DNA of 61,744 nt, the filler included, from Ionaspis alba (lineage: Eukaryota), in NCBI GenBank assembly GCA_964255285.1. It is 4 parts of 4 records of this genome, joined end to end, with 100 filler letters (N's around TTAATTAATTAA, not from the genome) between each part and the next. Parts side by side here need not be neighbours in the genome. Positions count along the whole stretch, not along the records: positions 46,411 to 61,744 come from CAXUUL010000383.1; 3 more parts are not named here. One strand, 5' to 3'. Below are positions 50,580 through 61,744 of this stretch, piece after piece; position 1 is the first letter of the stretch, and the number at the start of each line of letters is the position of its first letter. A program made the translations under genes and the position numbers. The notes beneath the pieces were generated by a model, which worked only from the letters and a program-made list of their open reading frames with translations, was not told where the DNA came from and did not search any database.

Positions 50580-50670
50580 AAGTACAGTTTTCTGGCGATA
50601 CCACAAACTAGGCATGATACCAAAGGCGCTGAAAAGCCACTGATCTGATGCAGTCTCTGTGCTTCTTCCA

Positions 50671-52624
50671 TTATAGTCCACCTGCTATGCCTAAAAAGAA
50701 CTCCGCTAATCCATGAGCGCCTGGATCGGGCACTTCCTGCCAGCTTTCTCCGCCTACATATACTGTTCTGCCTAAACTTGCTTTCATACCCTTCGTCGCT
50801 GCTGCTCCTTTCTGTGCTGCCTCTGCTGCCTCTTTGACATCTCCTGTCCTTTGAAGTGTTTCGACAAACGGAGCGAGTGCATCTACCAAAGTTCGGTCTC
50901 CCACTCGTGCAGGCGTGTATTGCGCCAGAGCTCTCAAAGAGAGATCCAGCGCTTTGGCCCATATCTGTGGCGTTATCTGTGTGGGGGACGCTGGATCCTG
51001 CAGCCGCAAATTGTGTGCGAGTGAATTGAGGAATATGGCATACAATGCACCTGACGTGCCATCCATTGTGTTTTCGATCACATGGACGACGTTCGAAAAG
51101 GTGGTAAGAACGTCATCGGTTGCCTTCTTACTCTCCAACATCTGCTGCACCGCCTCCGCACCGCGTTTGAGACCTATCCCGCAATCTCCATCTCCCGCGA
51201 TACGGTCATAAGCCGTGACGTCAGATTCGGCGGCGATGACTCGTTTCAGGCCTGATTGCAAGACTTCCTCGAAAATTTTCGGATCCACTACATTTTGTCA
51301 GCCTTGCTTTGTTCTGCTTACTCTTTCGTCATGGCTTACTCCTTAGATTTCCAGGTTTTGACTCCTCTTCGGTGGACTCAATCTTCTGTTCATATGCTGG
51401 ATACTCCTGTTCCCAGGTTTCTGGACGAATTGATGCTGGCCACCCGATTGCTTCCGCTGGATGGTCGAATAACTCGAGTAGCGATTTCCCTGTTGCTGCT
51501 CCAGAGTCCACCAACTTGAGAAGTGTAATGCCAAAACCGAGACCATTTAAACTTCCATTGAAGACTCCTGAAACGGCCCTAACGGGTCTGATGCCATAAT
51601 CTTTTGTTAATTGCGTCCATGCTTCTGTTATGATAGCGCCCATCTCCAGGTTGCTCAAACCGCCGAAATTGTTTATTAGCATCACTGTTTTGTCTGATTT
51701 TTCAATCTTCACATATGCTCTGTCTTTGTCTGCCTGATCGAGCAATTGCGCGAGCATCTTTTTGATCGCGCCAGGCAGGTCTGTCTCCAATTTTTCACAT
51801 CCGGGCTCATTATGTATGCCCATCCCGATCTCCAAGGTGCCTTGAGGCAATCGCTCGAGCTCTTCCACGGCATCTTTATCCGGTCTTCCAGGTACATGAA
51901 CCCGGCTCAAGCTGACCGCAACGCTGACCACGTTCTCGGCTGCGATCTTCCCAACCTTGATAGTGTCCTCTAAGCTAGCACCCATTTCTGCCATTGCTCC
52001 GCATATCTTGAGAACAATCGCGCCTCCCGCGATGCCTCGTCGACCGACTTTGCCGCCTTTTTCTCGTCCTACCCCAACATCGTCTCCCACGACCAACATC
52101 TCGACTTTCTTGCCAAGAGCCTTGGCCTTTTCGACACCCATTCCAAAGTTCAGCACATCACCTAAGGAGTCTGTTCAGCTTTTCACCAAGGATGGCTTTT
52201 AGTCAAGGAAAACTTCATGCTTACCAGTATAGTTCATCACAAGCACCAAAACCCCCTTCGAGTCCTTTGGCAGCCGGTGAGCCAGACATGTCCGAACCTG
52301 CTCTGCTCCTGGAGATGCAAAGATTGTGCCAGCTACACAAGCCGTAAGAAGACCACGACCGACATATCCGGGCCAACCGGGCTCGTGGCCGGATCCGCCG
52401 CCACAGATGATGGAGATCTTGTCCTTGGAGGATGTAATAGAGGCAGGATTCCGATACACGATTTTATTAGGCTCATCGAAAAGCAGGGAAGGATTTGTCA
52501 GGGTCAAGGAACGGAGAGCTGTAAGAACTCCATGGTTGGGGTCATGTACGAAGTGTTTAGCTACTTGTGATCAGCAAACATTGCGAGTCGTTTGTATAAC
52601 TCATGCATCTTGAATACCAGACAT
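50671..52624 (-). CDS. DAK1: Dihydroxyacetone kinase (DhaK+DhaL), 4 exons; first coding exon only 7 nt
   Basis: MSAKHF..., GGGSGHEP, GTIFASP, VGRRGIAG, GMGIHNEPG, GDGDCG, GTSGALY, GDRTLVDAL and PDPGA. Confidence 0.95.
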
Positions 52625-53004
52625 GGTTATGTAGGACTATTTGTAATCAGGTGTTGAACAGCCTGGTCGAACCTGATTCAAAAAACATGGAATCACCATC
52701 CTCGATCTCCAGTATTTAGATATACACAGTCTTTCCTGCTATGCTCGCTGGCTTCAAGAAGAACTGCGGGGTGATCTTCGAAATTGTGGGGTAGTCCTTC
52801 TGCCCTTGCAAGGCTTGCCCGGCGGCCGACATCGCCGATGCCACAAGCCTCCGACCCAACAGAAGATCTTATCAGATACGCACATGTCAAAACCTCACGG
52901 TCAGTCAAAACGTAGCCATTCCCCGGCCGCGAGACAGAATAAAACACAGCCTGATGTACAAGTGAATCACCATCCGCGAGAAGTTGTGAAGACGGTGCCA
53001 GACG

Positions 53005-54412
53005 ATGGCAGAAGAAGCAGATGGAGAGCCGACCAAGATACCGACGATTGAGGGCGCCGTTGACAGCGACGGGGCCCACAGAATGACTAGCCCTCCCGCA
53101 ATCCCTGGTCACGAGGGCTTCGTGCAGCCTTCTTCATACTTGCGACGTCCCAGAGGTTTATCCCGACCGATGACTCCAGCTAAGCAGGAGACTGCTGTGG
53201 ATCGAGAGCAGCGCCGCGGCTTGGTAGGTATAGCCTAGTAGAGCTTTGCGACGCTGATACTGATGGTGGCGGACAGCAAAGCATTCGAGCTTTCCTCAAA
53301 GTGCGCACGAGTTATGATGTCTTGCCATTGAGCTTCCGACTTATCATCTTCGACACGAATCTTCTGGTGAACAAGAGCCTTACAATCCTGATCCAGAATG
53401 GTGAACCTCCTTATCAAGTGCATGTGAAGCAAGACTAACAGAAAATCGTGGCAGGCATTGTGTCTGCGCCGCTATGGGACTCGAAGACATCCACATTTGC
53501 TGGTCTCCTTACCACGGGGGATTACATAAATGTCATCCAGTACTATTGGCAGAATCCCGAAGCGATGAGCAGGATTGATCAATTCCGGCTGAACAGCCTG
53601 CGCGGTATACTCCGTTGCCCAGAGATCGGAGTAGCACAGATGCTGATTGATTGCAGATATCGAAAAAGCCATTGGCGTACAACCACTCGAGACTGTCTCC
53701 ATTCACCCGGGGCGGCCATTGTACGAGGCGTGTCGCCGCATGCTTGAGTCTCGTGCTAGGAGAATACCACTCGTTGACACTGACGATGAGACAAAACGAG
53801 CGATGGTAGTCAGCGTGGTCACACAATATCGTATCCTGAAGTTCGTGGCTGTCAATGTCACGGAGACGCAGCTTTTACGGAAACCCCTCAAGCAGCTCAA
53901 TCTTGGCACATACAAGAATCTCGAGATTGCCAAAATGGAGACGCCTGTGATCGAAGTCATCCACCAGCTTGTTCAATTCAACATCTCAAGTGTGCCCATT
54001 CTCAACAGTGATGGTACGTGGTCTAGTGTCACACAAATTGAGTTCCGCTAACAGATCCAGGGGTCGTGATCAACGTCTTTGAGGCTGTGGATGTTATAAC
54101 CCTCATCAAAGGCGGTATCTACGACGACCTGAACCTCAATGTCGGAGAGGCCTTGCAGAAACGCTCCGAAGTAAGCTTCCCGCATGCTCCACAGTTCGTC
54201 ATCTGCTAACACTGTTCAAGGACTTCCCTGGTATATACACCTGCTCCCTCGACGACCGCCTTGATACCATATTCGACACAATCCGCAAATCACGCGTGCA
54301 CCGCTTTGTGGTCATTGATGAGCAGAACCGGCTTGTCGGTGTTCTTACCTTGAGCGATATCCTCGAGTACATACTCTTGGAAGGCGAAGGGGACGATCAC
54401 AGGATGGAGTAA
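53005..54412 (+). CDS. SNF4: AMPK/SNF1 gamma subunit (CBS domains), 6 exons
   Basis: [59 protein letters not shown] and LTLSDILEY. Confidence 0.96.
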
Positions 54413-55003
54413 TTCTTCTCTTTAAGCTTCGGAGCACTCAGGCTTCTATAGATCTCTTTTCTACTACTTGCTTGCATTTGCGTGGTGTTATATATCCATC
54501 TCCATCCGAGCTCTGCGAGCGAGACCTCGATGGCGGAGTTAGGCGATGGTGCTATGGGGAGTGGATCTGGATACATTTAGAGGATAGCTGAAGTGGGATC
54601 GAAAGAGACCTCTATAAAAGAGCCCAATCGATGCATGCATTGCTTCTCGTTGCTCACTATAGCTTGCTGTTTCAAAAATTACTTGATTCCCCACTTTTTT
54701 TGGTGAGGCCAGGTGAAAGACAGGCGCATCGATATGGTGGAACGACCACTATGATGACCGTAGAGGGTTGTGGCAGGGACATGTGGACTGATCGTTCTTG
54801 ACAAGGTACGTCTGATTGGGACAGCGATCTGCTGAATGGCAGGAGCGCCTCTACCAAGGAGGAGGATATAATCAGAGCCCATAGTTCTATTCTCCTGATC
54901 ATCTTTCTGTAGGATATCCAGCATCCATACACGTTTGCAGCATTCACCTTACAATAGCCTACGCTCCCGGAAAAAGCAGTAGCATAAGCTTTCTAACATC
55001 ACT

Positions 55004-56487
55004 ATGCAGCATTCCAAGTCCCTCGTATCCTTCTCCGCTGCCCCCACAACTCAGGATGACCATCAAGGCCGGGTAACGCGGCGGTCATCTCTGGATACGC
55101 TGGTGATTCCGAAACGCACCCGCTTGCCCTCTCTGAAACCTCTCCCACCACCACATCTTCTTGACCACAACGACCCCACCGCTCGCACGCTGACGCCCCT
55201 CTCACTAAAAATACCACGCGAGGGCGTTTCTAAGAACAGATTCGGTCTTCCGGAGTACAAGAGAGCCCTTTCAGGTAAGCCTGTTTGGTCTTAATGCGGT
55301 TCACGTTCCCCCTGGTGAAGTTGACATTCGCGCTTTGGTGATATTTGCGTCAATGATGTCGTTTGGCGACCCCTCCGTCAACCTTTATCCCCTTGTGAAC
55401 TTCTATCACTGTCTGACACCTTGCGAGCACCGCAGACACGAGCGAGAGTACACGAAGACATTCAGACAGCCCGATCAGTCGGGGAACATCATCGGAGACG
55501 TCGAATGCTTCAATCAGAGGGTCGGTGAAGATCAGCCACGAGTATCGGCAACAGGCTTCAAAACGCAACATTCTCCAACGAACCTTTACCACATCTGGCA
55601 AGAAATCAGACAGTCTTTCCACAAGTAACAGCGGCCAAGGCAGATCATCAGAATCTGCAAAATCTTCATCTCAGGGGCAGTCGAAGACCATGGAGGAAAA
55701 CCGCAACCCAGGAACCAAACGTGGCTTCATGAGACGCACTTTCACGTCAAAGGACAAGGCCGCCCATAGCGAATCAGACACCAAGTATATACCTCAGGCC
55801 ATCCGACGAGCTCTCACAACCAAAGACAAGACCAGAGGCAACGACCCAGATGGCGTATCCTACCCTCAGGTCCTCGAACGAGCTCTGACAACAAAAGACG
55901 AGTCTCAAAGCAAGATCCTAGACACCGTATCTGCCCCACAAGCCATGCAGCTCTCAAATTCGACCGATCTCGGAGACGAGGACCCCATCATGTTCGCTCC
56001 TGCCGACAAAGATCTCGAAGCAGCCCAGCTCCAGGAGATCCACCCTGCCTCGAATCTCGCGTACGATCCGAAGGCTGGCGGACCTACCAGGACAGAAAGT
56101 CTGAGCTACCGCCGTTCCTTCCACCCTCGCCAGATCAACAGTGGTCCAGAATTGAGCGATACTGAGAACATCACCAACACGGACACTACCCACTTGAATA
56201 GCGTTGACTCGAAGAGCTCTAACTCGAAGAGCACCAACCCGAAGAGTACCAAATGGAAGTACATCAAATGGGAGAACATCAAATGGAAGAACATCAAACG
56301 GGAGAACATCAAATCGTCGATCAACTGCTGGAAGCATATCACTGTGGTGAAAGAATTCTCCGTCAGGACCGATGCTATGACTGAGGACTTCGGTACGAAG
56401 TCGGCAAAGAAGATCGGTGAGTCGGAATGGAGAAAGCTCGAATATGAAGCTGTCGTTAGCAGCAATGCAAAATTGCCCGACTACTGA
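55004..56487 (+). CDS. Low-complexity orphan protein with internal repeats, 2 exons (intron ~55275-55435)
   Basis: A GTAAGC..CTGAC..CAG intron joins the 55004 ORF in frame to the 55525-56487 ORF; four R(T/A)(F/L)T(T/S) repeats. Confidence 0.65.
56206..56310 (+). repeat. Coding 15-bp minisatellite, 7 diverging units
   Basis: gactcgaagagctct / aactcgaagagcacc / aacccgaagagtacc / aaatggaagtacatc / aaatgggagaacatc / aaatggaagaacatc / aaacgggagaacatc. Confidence 0.85.
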
Positions 56488-57031
56488 GCAGCCAGTATCA
56501 AACAGAAATAGTTCGATATTAAAGACGTGGCTCATCGTCTTATGCATAGATGGGCTTCCTCAGATATGCCAAAATTCTCTTCACCATTGACTTCTACCGT
56601 GACTGCTCGAACTCCACTACCAGTGCTTGAACCCACATAAGGATGCTACCAAGCAGCTTCTGGAACTCCGTGGCATTAATAACCAGCACCATGAGTTCGC
56701 GCCGGCTTTCGAGCGCTTCTGTCTGGTCTGCGCCGTGTTCGGCTTGTTGGCCGTTGTTGGCCGTTGTTGGCTATCCCTCTCATCCCGTAAGCATGTTGAA
56801 CTACGAAGTCCTTGGGACGTGTTTTGGGCCGGTCCTGCTCGGCAGACTTTGAGCACCTTCTTGGGCTCAAAGACTCCACTGAGGTCGTCGCGTGGTTGGC
56901 CGAGCAATGGGAGGGCATCACCGAGCAGATGTGCTCGGAGCAGCCAGTAATACGTCATCCGATGCTGTCGGCGCAATTATCTGGTATATTGTTCTAACCA
57001 TTGCAGCGTGGCAGGCTCCTTCGGCCCAGCA

Positions 57032-57633
57032 TCAGGGCTCTTTAGGCACTGATAGAAGTGAATTTTCAATCCATTTAATTTCTGACAAAGGTAGTATGCG
57101 TGCAATGACCTTTCCTTTAATCAAGGCCAATGGTAATGGCCCGTAGTCTCTCGAATCCCGCGACTCAGGTGAATTGTCTCCGGCCAACCAGCAATGGCCC
57201 TCTGGTATCTGATTCCTGTCAATCTTCACATGTTCCTGCCCCATCTTATTCTCTTCCTTACCTGCACCATCATTTGAGAACCACTTTCTGGTGAGTCTCT
57301 TAACACGAAATCGCCCGGCATACCCAATATCCGCTTCGCAGCTCCAACCCCTGGAAACATGGGGTGCTTCACACTTACGACATCCCCAACTTGCACCCCT
57401 TTCCCCCTGCGAGAAAACCTCGATACATAGATCCAATCTCCGTGCACGTTGAGCGTCGGGAGCATGGATGGTCCTGAGGTAGCATAGAGCGCGAAAACAT
57501 ACTCATGCAAAAGATGCAGGCCGAATCCGAATTTTGCTAGGTTGAATGCAAATTTGTAGACCTTTTGGGCACCAAAAACCGTAGGAACACTGGAGCTAAG
57601 AGCTCGCCTGAGAGTACTCGCAATAGAATTCAT
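57032..57633 (-). CDS. IMP1: Mitochondrial inner membrane peptidase subunit 1 (S26 family), 2 exons
   Basis: Catalytic Ser in GPSMLPTL, Lys in AAKRILGMPGD, and PEGHCWLAGDN..SRDSRDYGPLPLALIKGKV. Confidence 0.9.
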
Positions 57634-57772
57634 TCTTACAGGAAATTTTCGAGTTCATTTACAAGCAGTGACATTCAAGATGACCCCTGACATGCCAAGC
57701 AGGTCTGTGCGTAGAGCCTCCCAGAGCATTAGGATCGCCAGTTTCTCGATTATCTTGTACTCGCGCCGAACA

Positions 57773-58516
57773 ATGAAACATGTGGGAAACCTAGTCACGA
57801 CAGCAGAAGCTCTACAGAAAGTTTTCTTGCCTTCTCTACGACAGTCGAGACCATTACTATGGCAACGGCCTCATTCCTCCCCGGCACTCATCTTCCACCA
57901 GCGAAGACACCTTATATTCTCTGGTGGTCGCACAGTCAAAACAGCGTCCAGCTTCGGACCAAAAAATGGTCAGAAAGGACCGCCCCGTGATGAAGATATC
58001 CGCTCTCACGAAGTCCGAATCGTTGGGCCCACAGGGGCCTTGAAAGACCCAGAAGCTTTATACCACGTCCTGAGATCAATCGATCGCAGCAAGTCTTTCG
58101 TAATCCAAGTCTCCCCTCAAGACGGCATTGGCATTCCAGTCTGCAAAGTGATGGACAAGGAGCAGTTTCGCAAAGCCGAGAAGGCGAAGAGCAAGCCGAC
58201 TAAAAGTGTTCAATCTACGACCAAGCAGTTGGAGCTCGGGTGGGCGATCGGACCTAACGATTTGGGACATCGATTGAACAAGATGCAGCAGTTCTTGGAG
58301 GAGGGTAGAAGGGTGGAGATCGTCATATCCACGAAGAGGAGGGCGAGAAAGGTTACCGATCAGGAGGCAGAGTGGGTGCTGGGGAGGATCCGGGAGAGAA
58401 TCGGCAAGATCGACGGCGCGAAGGAGTGGAAAGCTATGGCGGGAAGCGTCGAAGAGACGGCCACGTTATATGTTGAGGGGAAGGCAAGAAAGGCTGTGGA
58501 GAAGGAGACTGGGTGA
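57773..58516 (+). CDS. Mitochondrial translation initiation factor IF3-like protein
   Basis: Arg/Ser-rich presequence-like N-terminus; PRDEDI...V.IV; PVCKVMD; KQLELGWAIGPNDLGHRLNKMQQFLEEGRRVEIVI (IF3-C pattern). Confidence 0.78.
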   Translation: MKHVGNLVTTAEALQKVFLPSLRQSRPLLWQRPHSSPALIFHQRRHLIFSGGRTVKTASSFGPKNGQKGPPRDEDIRSHEVRIVGPTGALKDPEALYHVLRSIDRSKSFVIQVSPQDGIGIPVCKVMDKEQFRKAEKAKSKPTKSVQSTTKQLELGWAIGPNDLGHRLNKMQQFLEEGRRVEIVISTKRRARKVTDQEAEWVLGRIRERIGKIDGAKEWKAMAGSVEETATLYVEGKARKAVEKETG

Positions 58517-58928
58517 AGTAGAGGGCGGCCGAGTTATTGGGGACCACGTTTGTTCTTCCTGCTCTCCGGAACGCAATGTCTTCATAGATTTCTGCAGTGT
58601 TGAGATCCTACGCAAGGGGCTCGACGAGAGCTTTTCGGACTATTACAGGGTTGATCGAAATAGCAATGCCTTTCCGAAAGCGATGTGACATCGAGTCGAA
58701 GCACTCAACATCAATATTTCATTTTCGATTTGTGGCATGGTGAGATCACGCAGAGTCAACACAGATATTCCGTAGTTCTTCATTTCGCTAGTGCACTTAG
58801 TCGCGCTAAACAAATTTCCATGACCATTTGGTACAATAGAAGTTGGTGAACTAGCATCAATCCATAATTAATCTCTCCCCTCCTTCCTCTCATTTCTCTC
58901 GTCGGGTGGCGTAGAAAGGCTTTGCAAG

Positions 58929-60469
58929 ATGTCTGCCCTCACACGATCCGTTGCGCCGTTGCTTCGGACAAGCAGACTCGCCCTCCGCCATCAAAGAGGC
59001 GCGAACCCTGTTCAGCAAGTCTTTGCACAGGATCGCAACTGTATTAGGGGATTGGCAACAGTCTTCGAGCGAACGAAGCCCCATGTAAATATCGGTACGG
59101 GGAAACGAGAATATTTGAGCTCTTTATGCGCTGATCCAGCACAGGTACCATTGGGCACGTCGATCACGGCAAGGTACTACAAAGCTTGTTCCACCCTTCT
59201 CTATACCCCATGCTGATATTGCATTCCTAGACTACCTTGACAGCTGCTATCACCAAACGTCAAGCAGAAAAAGGCTTCGCCAATTTTCTCGAGTATGGAG
59301 CAATTGACAAAGCCCCTGAAGAGCGAAAGCGCGGTATCACCATCTCCACAGCCCATATCGAGTACCAGACGGAGAAGAGGCATTACTCTCACGTCGACTG
59401 CCCTGGTCACGCCGATTACATCAAAAACATGATCACTGGTGCTTCCAACATGGATGGAGCTGTCATCGTGGTGGCGGCTTCGGACGGGCAGATGTGAGCA
59501 GGCATTGAAAATAACGGGCGTCTCTATGGTTACTGACGAGGACTAGGCCTCAGACAAGAGAACATTTGCTCCTCGCACGTCAAGTCGGAGTACAGAAGAT
59601 CGTCGTCTTCGTCAACAAGGTGGACGCCCTCGAGGACCCCGAGATGTTGGAGCTTGTGGAGATGGAAATGAGGGAGCTCCTGACTACCTATGGCTTTGAC
59701 GGAGACGAGACACCTATTGTTCTCGGATCTGCTCTCTGTGCGCTCGAAGGCAGACGGCCGGAGATCGGTGTCGAGAAAATCGACGAACTGCTCAATGCTG
59801 TTGACACTTGGATTCCTGAGCCTGTTCGCGAAACCGAGAAACCATTCTTAATGTCTGTCGAAGATGTCTTTTCTATCTCTGGTCGTGGTACTGTCGCCTC
59901 TGGCCGCGTAGAACGGGGTATATTAAGGAGAGATGCGGAAGTCGAGTTAGTAGGCAAGGTCGGCAACCCCATCAAGACCAAGGTGACGGATATCGAGACA
60001 TTCAATAAATCCTGCGATGAGTCGAGAGCTGGCGACAACTCAGGCCTGCTTCTACGAGGTGTGAAGAGAGAAGATGTTAAGCGTGGTATGGTAGTTGCGA
60101 AGCCAGGGACCACGAAGGCCCACAAGAAGTTCATGGTCTCGATGTATGTCTTGACCAAAGAAGAAGGTGGACGACACACCGGGTTCCACGACAACTATCG
60201 GCCACAGATCTTCCTCCGAACAGCCGGTAAGCCCATGCTCGACATATCCATGCATATGCACTACTAATGTCACTGTAGACGAGGCCGCCGCGCTCCACTG
60301 GCCCGAAAATACTCCTGACAAAGAAACCAAGATGGTGATGCCAGGTGACAATGTCGAGATGGTCTGCGAGCTCTACAATCCCATCGCTCTGGAAGCCGGT
60401 CAAAGATTCAATGTCCGAGAAGGGGGTCGGACTGTTGCGACAGGTCTGGTGACACAGATCATGCAATAA
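58929..60469 (+). CDS. TUF1: Mitochondrial elongation factor Tu, 5 exons
   Basis: [49 protein letters not shown] and [10 protein letters not shown], with an N-terminal presequence. Confidence 0.98.
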
Positions 60470-60943
60470 ACGTTGGTTTGATCTTCTCGTCTCAAAGTGA
60501 TTATACTCTGCTATGCATTTGTACAGCGAAGGCTCGGGGGCGCTCCGATATCTCTCCCTGCTGTACAGTACCATGTATGTAGGCTGGAAATGGACTTGAT
60601 TGGGGCATTTATCGACTCGCTATGAACTCCCCTCTCTACGTGATGATGGTGTGGTTGTGTATCATAGGAGCGAAGAGAATTGGGAGTGTGATCAATTTAA
60701 CCAAATGTGTGTTCGTGCAGAGCACTTCGAGCGTGCTCGCTGGCCGTGCTGTTACGTGTTCCGATATCTCTCTTGTTGGAAATTTCTCTCGCATTAGTGT
60801 TTCCGATCGGAGATGTACTTGAGATACCTTTGTAGCTTCTGAGAATTGACAGAAGAGTGTTTGTGTCCAATTTTCCGGCTATCATCGACGAGCGGTTCTT
60901 CACGGCATGGCGTCGAGAACAAGTCTTTTCCGTGGTCGTCACT

Positions 60944-61702
60944 TCATCCAGTGCTCGTCCCATGCACATCGTGCTCCTCATAATAGTTGACCCATCCACA
61001 CCCTAAGTCGTCTCTACGCTGCTTCACGGCTTCAACCAGAGAACAATCCTTTCCCATTCCATCCTCGTTCAACGCATGCTCAAGAATAGGCCGCCACCTT
61101 TCTGATTCTTCTACGATTCGTGTCTTCTCCACCATACCCCGTAGGTCTATCAATTGACCAAAAGCATAACTCTCCAACCCTTTCGAGATCCTCAGCACCA
61201 ATTCCCCATAGCCGTCACCTGTCTGTCCCGCTTTGACAATCCTTGCGATTTCCCCTCTCAGCAGGTTGTCGTAGACGGGGAAGTTCTTGAGTATATGGTA
61301 TACGCCATCAGTCGGAGTATTCTCTCGTCTTTCGCTTAGATCCTGAATCTCAGAGAATCCAAGCACGGTGATATCTACGTTACGTACTTCGCAGAGCAAT
61401 GAATTATGATAACGACTAAGAAATCCTTCGTTCTTCTCAATGGGCACGCCGAACTTGTACCAAGTGTGTCTTTTGAACGTGGAGCGTGCTTCTGCACGGA
61501 TTTGTCGGCATACTTGAAGCAGCGCGAAAGGTGCCAGATCCAGCTCGAGTGCAGAAGCTTTGGCTGGCTCTGGCTCTGTATCTCGCCATAGAAACTGTTT
61601 TTCTTCTGCTGGTTCAACCTGACGAAAGAGCCTTATAGGAGTTGTGGCGAAGTATAGATAATAGATCTGGAGACGAATTTCGGGAGGGAGATCTAGGAGC
61701 AT
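60944..61702 (-). CDS. F-box-like N-terminal domain protein (252 aa)
   Basis: LLDLPPEIRLQIY...ALLQVCRQIRAEA pattern common to fungal F-box-like orphan families. Confidence 0.65.
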   Translation of the reverse strand: MLLDLPPEIRLQIYYLYFATTPIRLFRQVEPAEEKQFLWRDTEPEPAKASALELDLAPFALLQVCRQIRAEARSTFKRHTWYKFGVPIEKNEGFLSRYHNSLLCEVRNVDITVLGFSEIQDLSERRENTPTDGVYHILKNFPVYDNLLRGEIARIVKAGQTGDGYGELVLRISKGLESYAFGQLIDLRGMVEKTRIVEESERWRPILEHALNEDGMGKDCSLVEAVKQRRDDLGCGWVNYYEEHDVHGTSTG

Positions 61703-61744
61703 TGTGATAATGGGCGGTAAACTTCCTATGAAGGGAAGATACCT

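Noticed and set aside
17211..52624. Apparent glycerol/alcohol module (ADH, aquaglyceroporin, DAK)
   Set aside because: DAK is on a different, artificially joined scaffold; ADH and the aquaglyceroporin are ~4.8 kb apart with no shared element seen.

Overview
Intron-rich filamentous ascomycete (Pezizomycotina-type) genomic DNA. The window is not one locus. It is four unlinked scaffolds (1-15381, 15482-30858, 30959-46310, 46411-61744) in descending size order, joined by artificial N44-TTAATTAATTAA-N44 spacers. Most genes are housekeeping or transport: an ABCC transporter, PIL1, SAC1, NMT1, an arrestin-like gene, ADH, an aquaglyceroporin, two MFS transporters, U2AF1, an Ams2-like GATA factor, SmD2, DAK, SNF4, IMP1, mitochondrial IF3 and EF-Tu. 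There are also orphan genes and a Ty3/Gypsy RT relic. The standout is a tRNA-Ile(AAU) gene at 19948-20090 with all four stems intact and two introns. One is a canonical 19-nt tRNA intron at 37/38. The other is a 50-nt insertion in the D-loop with the full signature of a spliceosomal intron (GTAAAT...CACTAAC...CAG), which splits the Pol III A-box. Secondary observations are a tandem trio of small single-TM proteins (one with repeated ubiquitin-like LRGG motifs before a Cys-rich tail) and a tandem set of orphan HLH-like/coiled-coil genes. All calls come from manual reading and recognised motifs; no searches were run.
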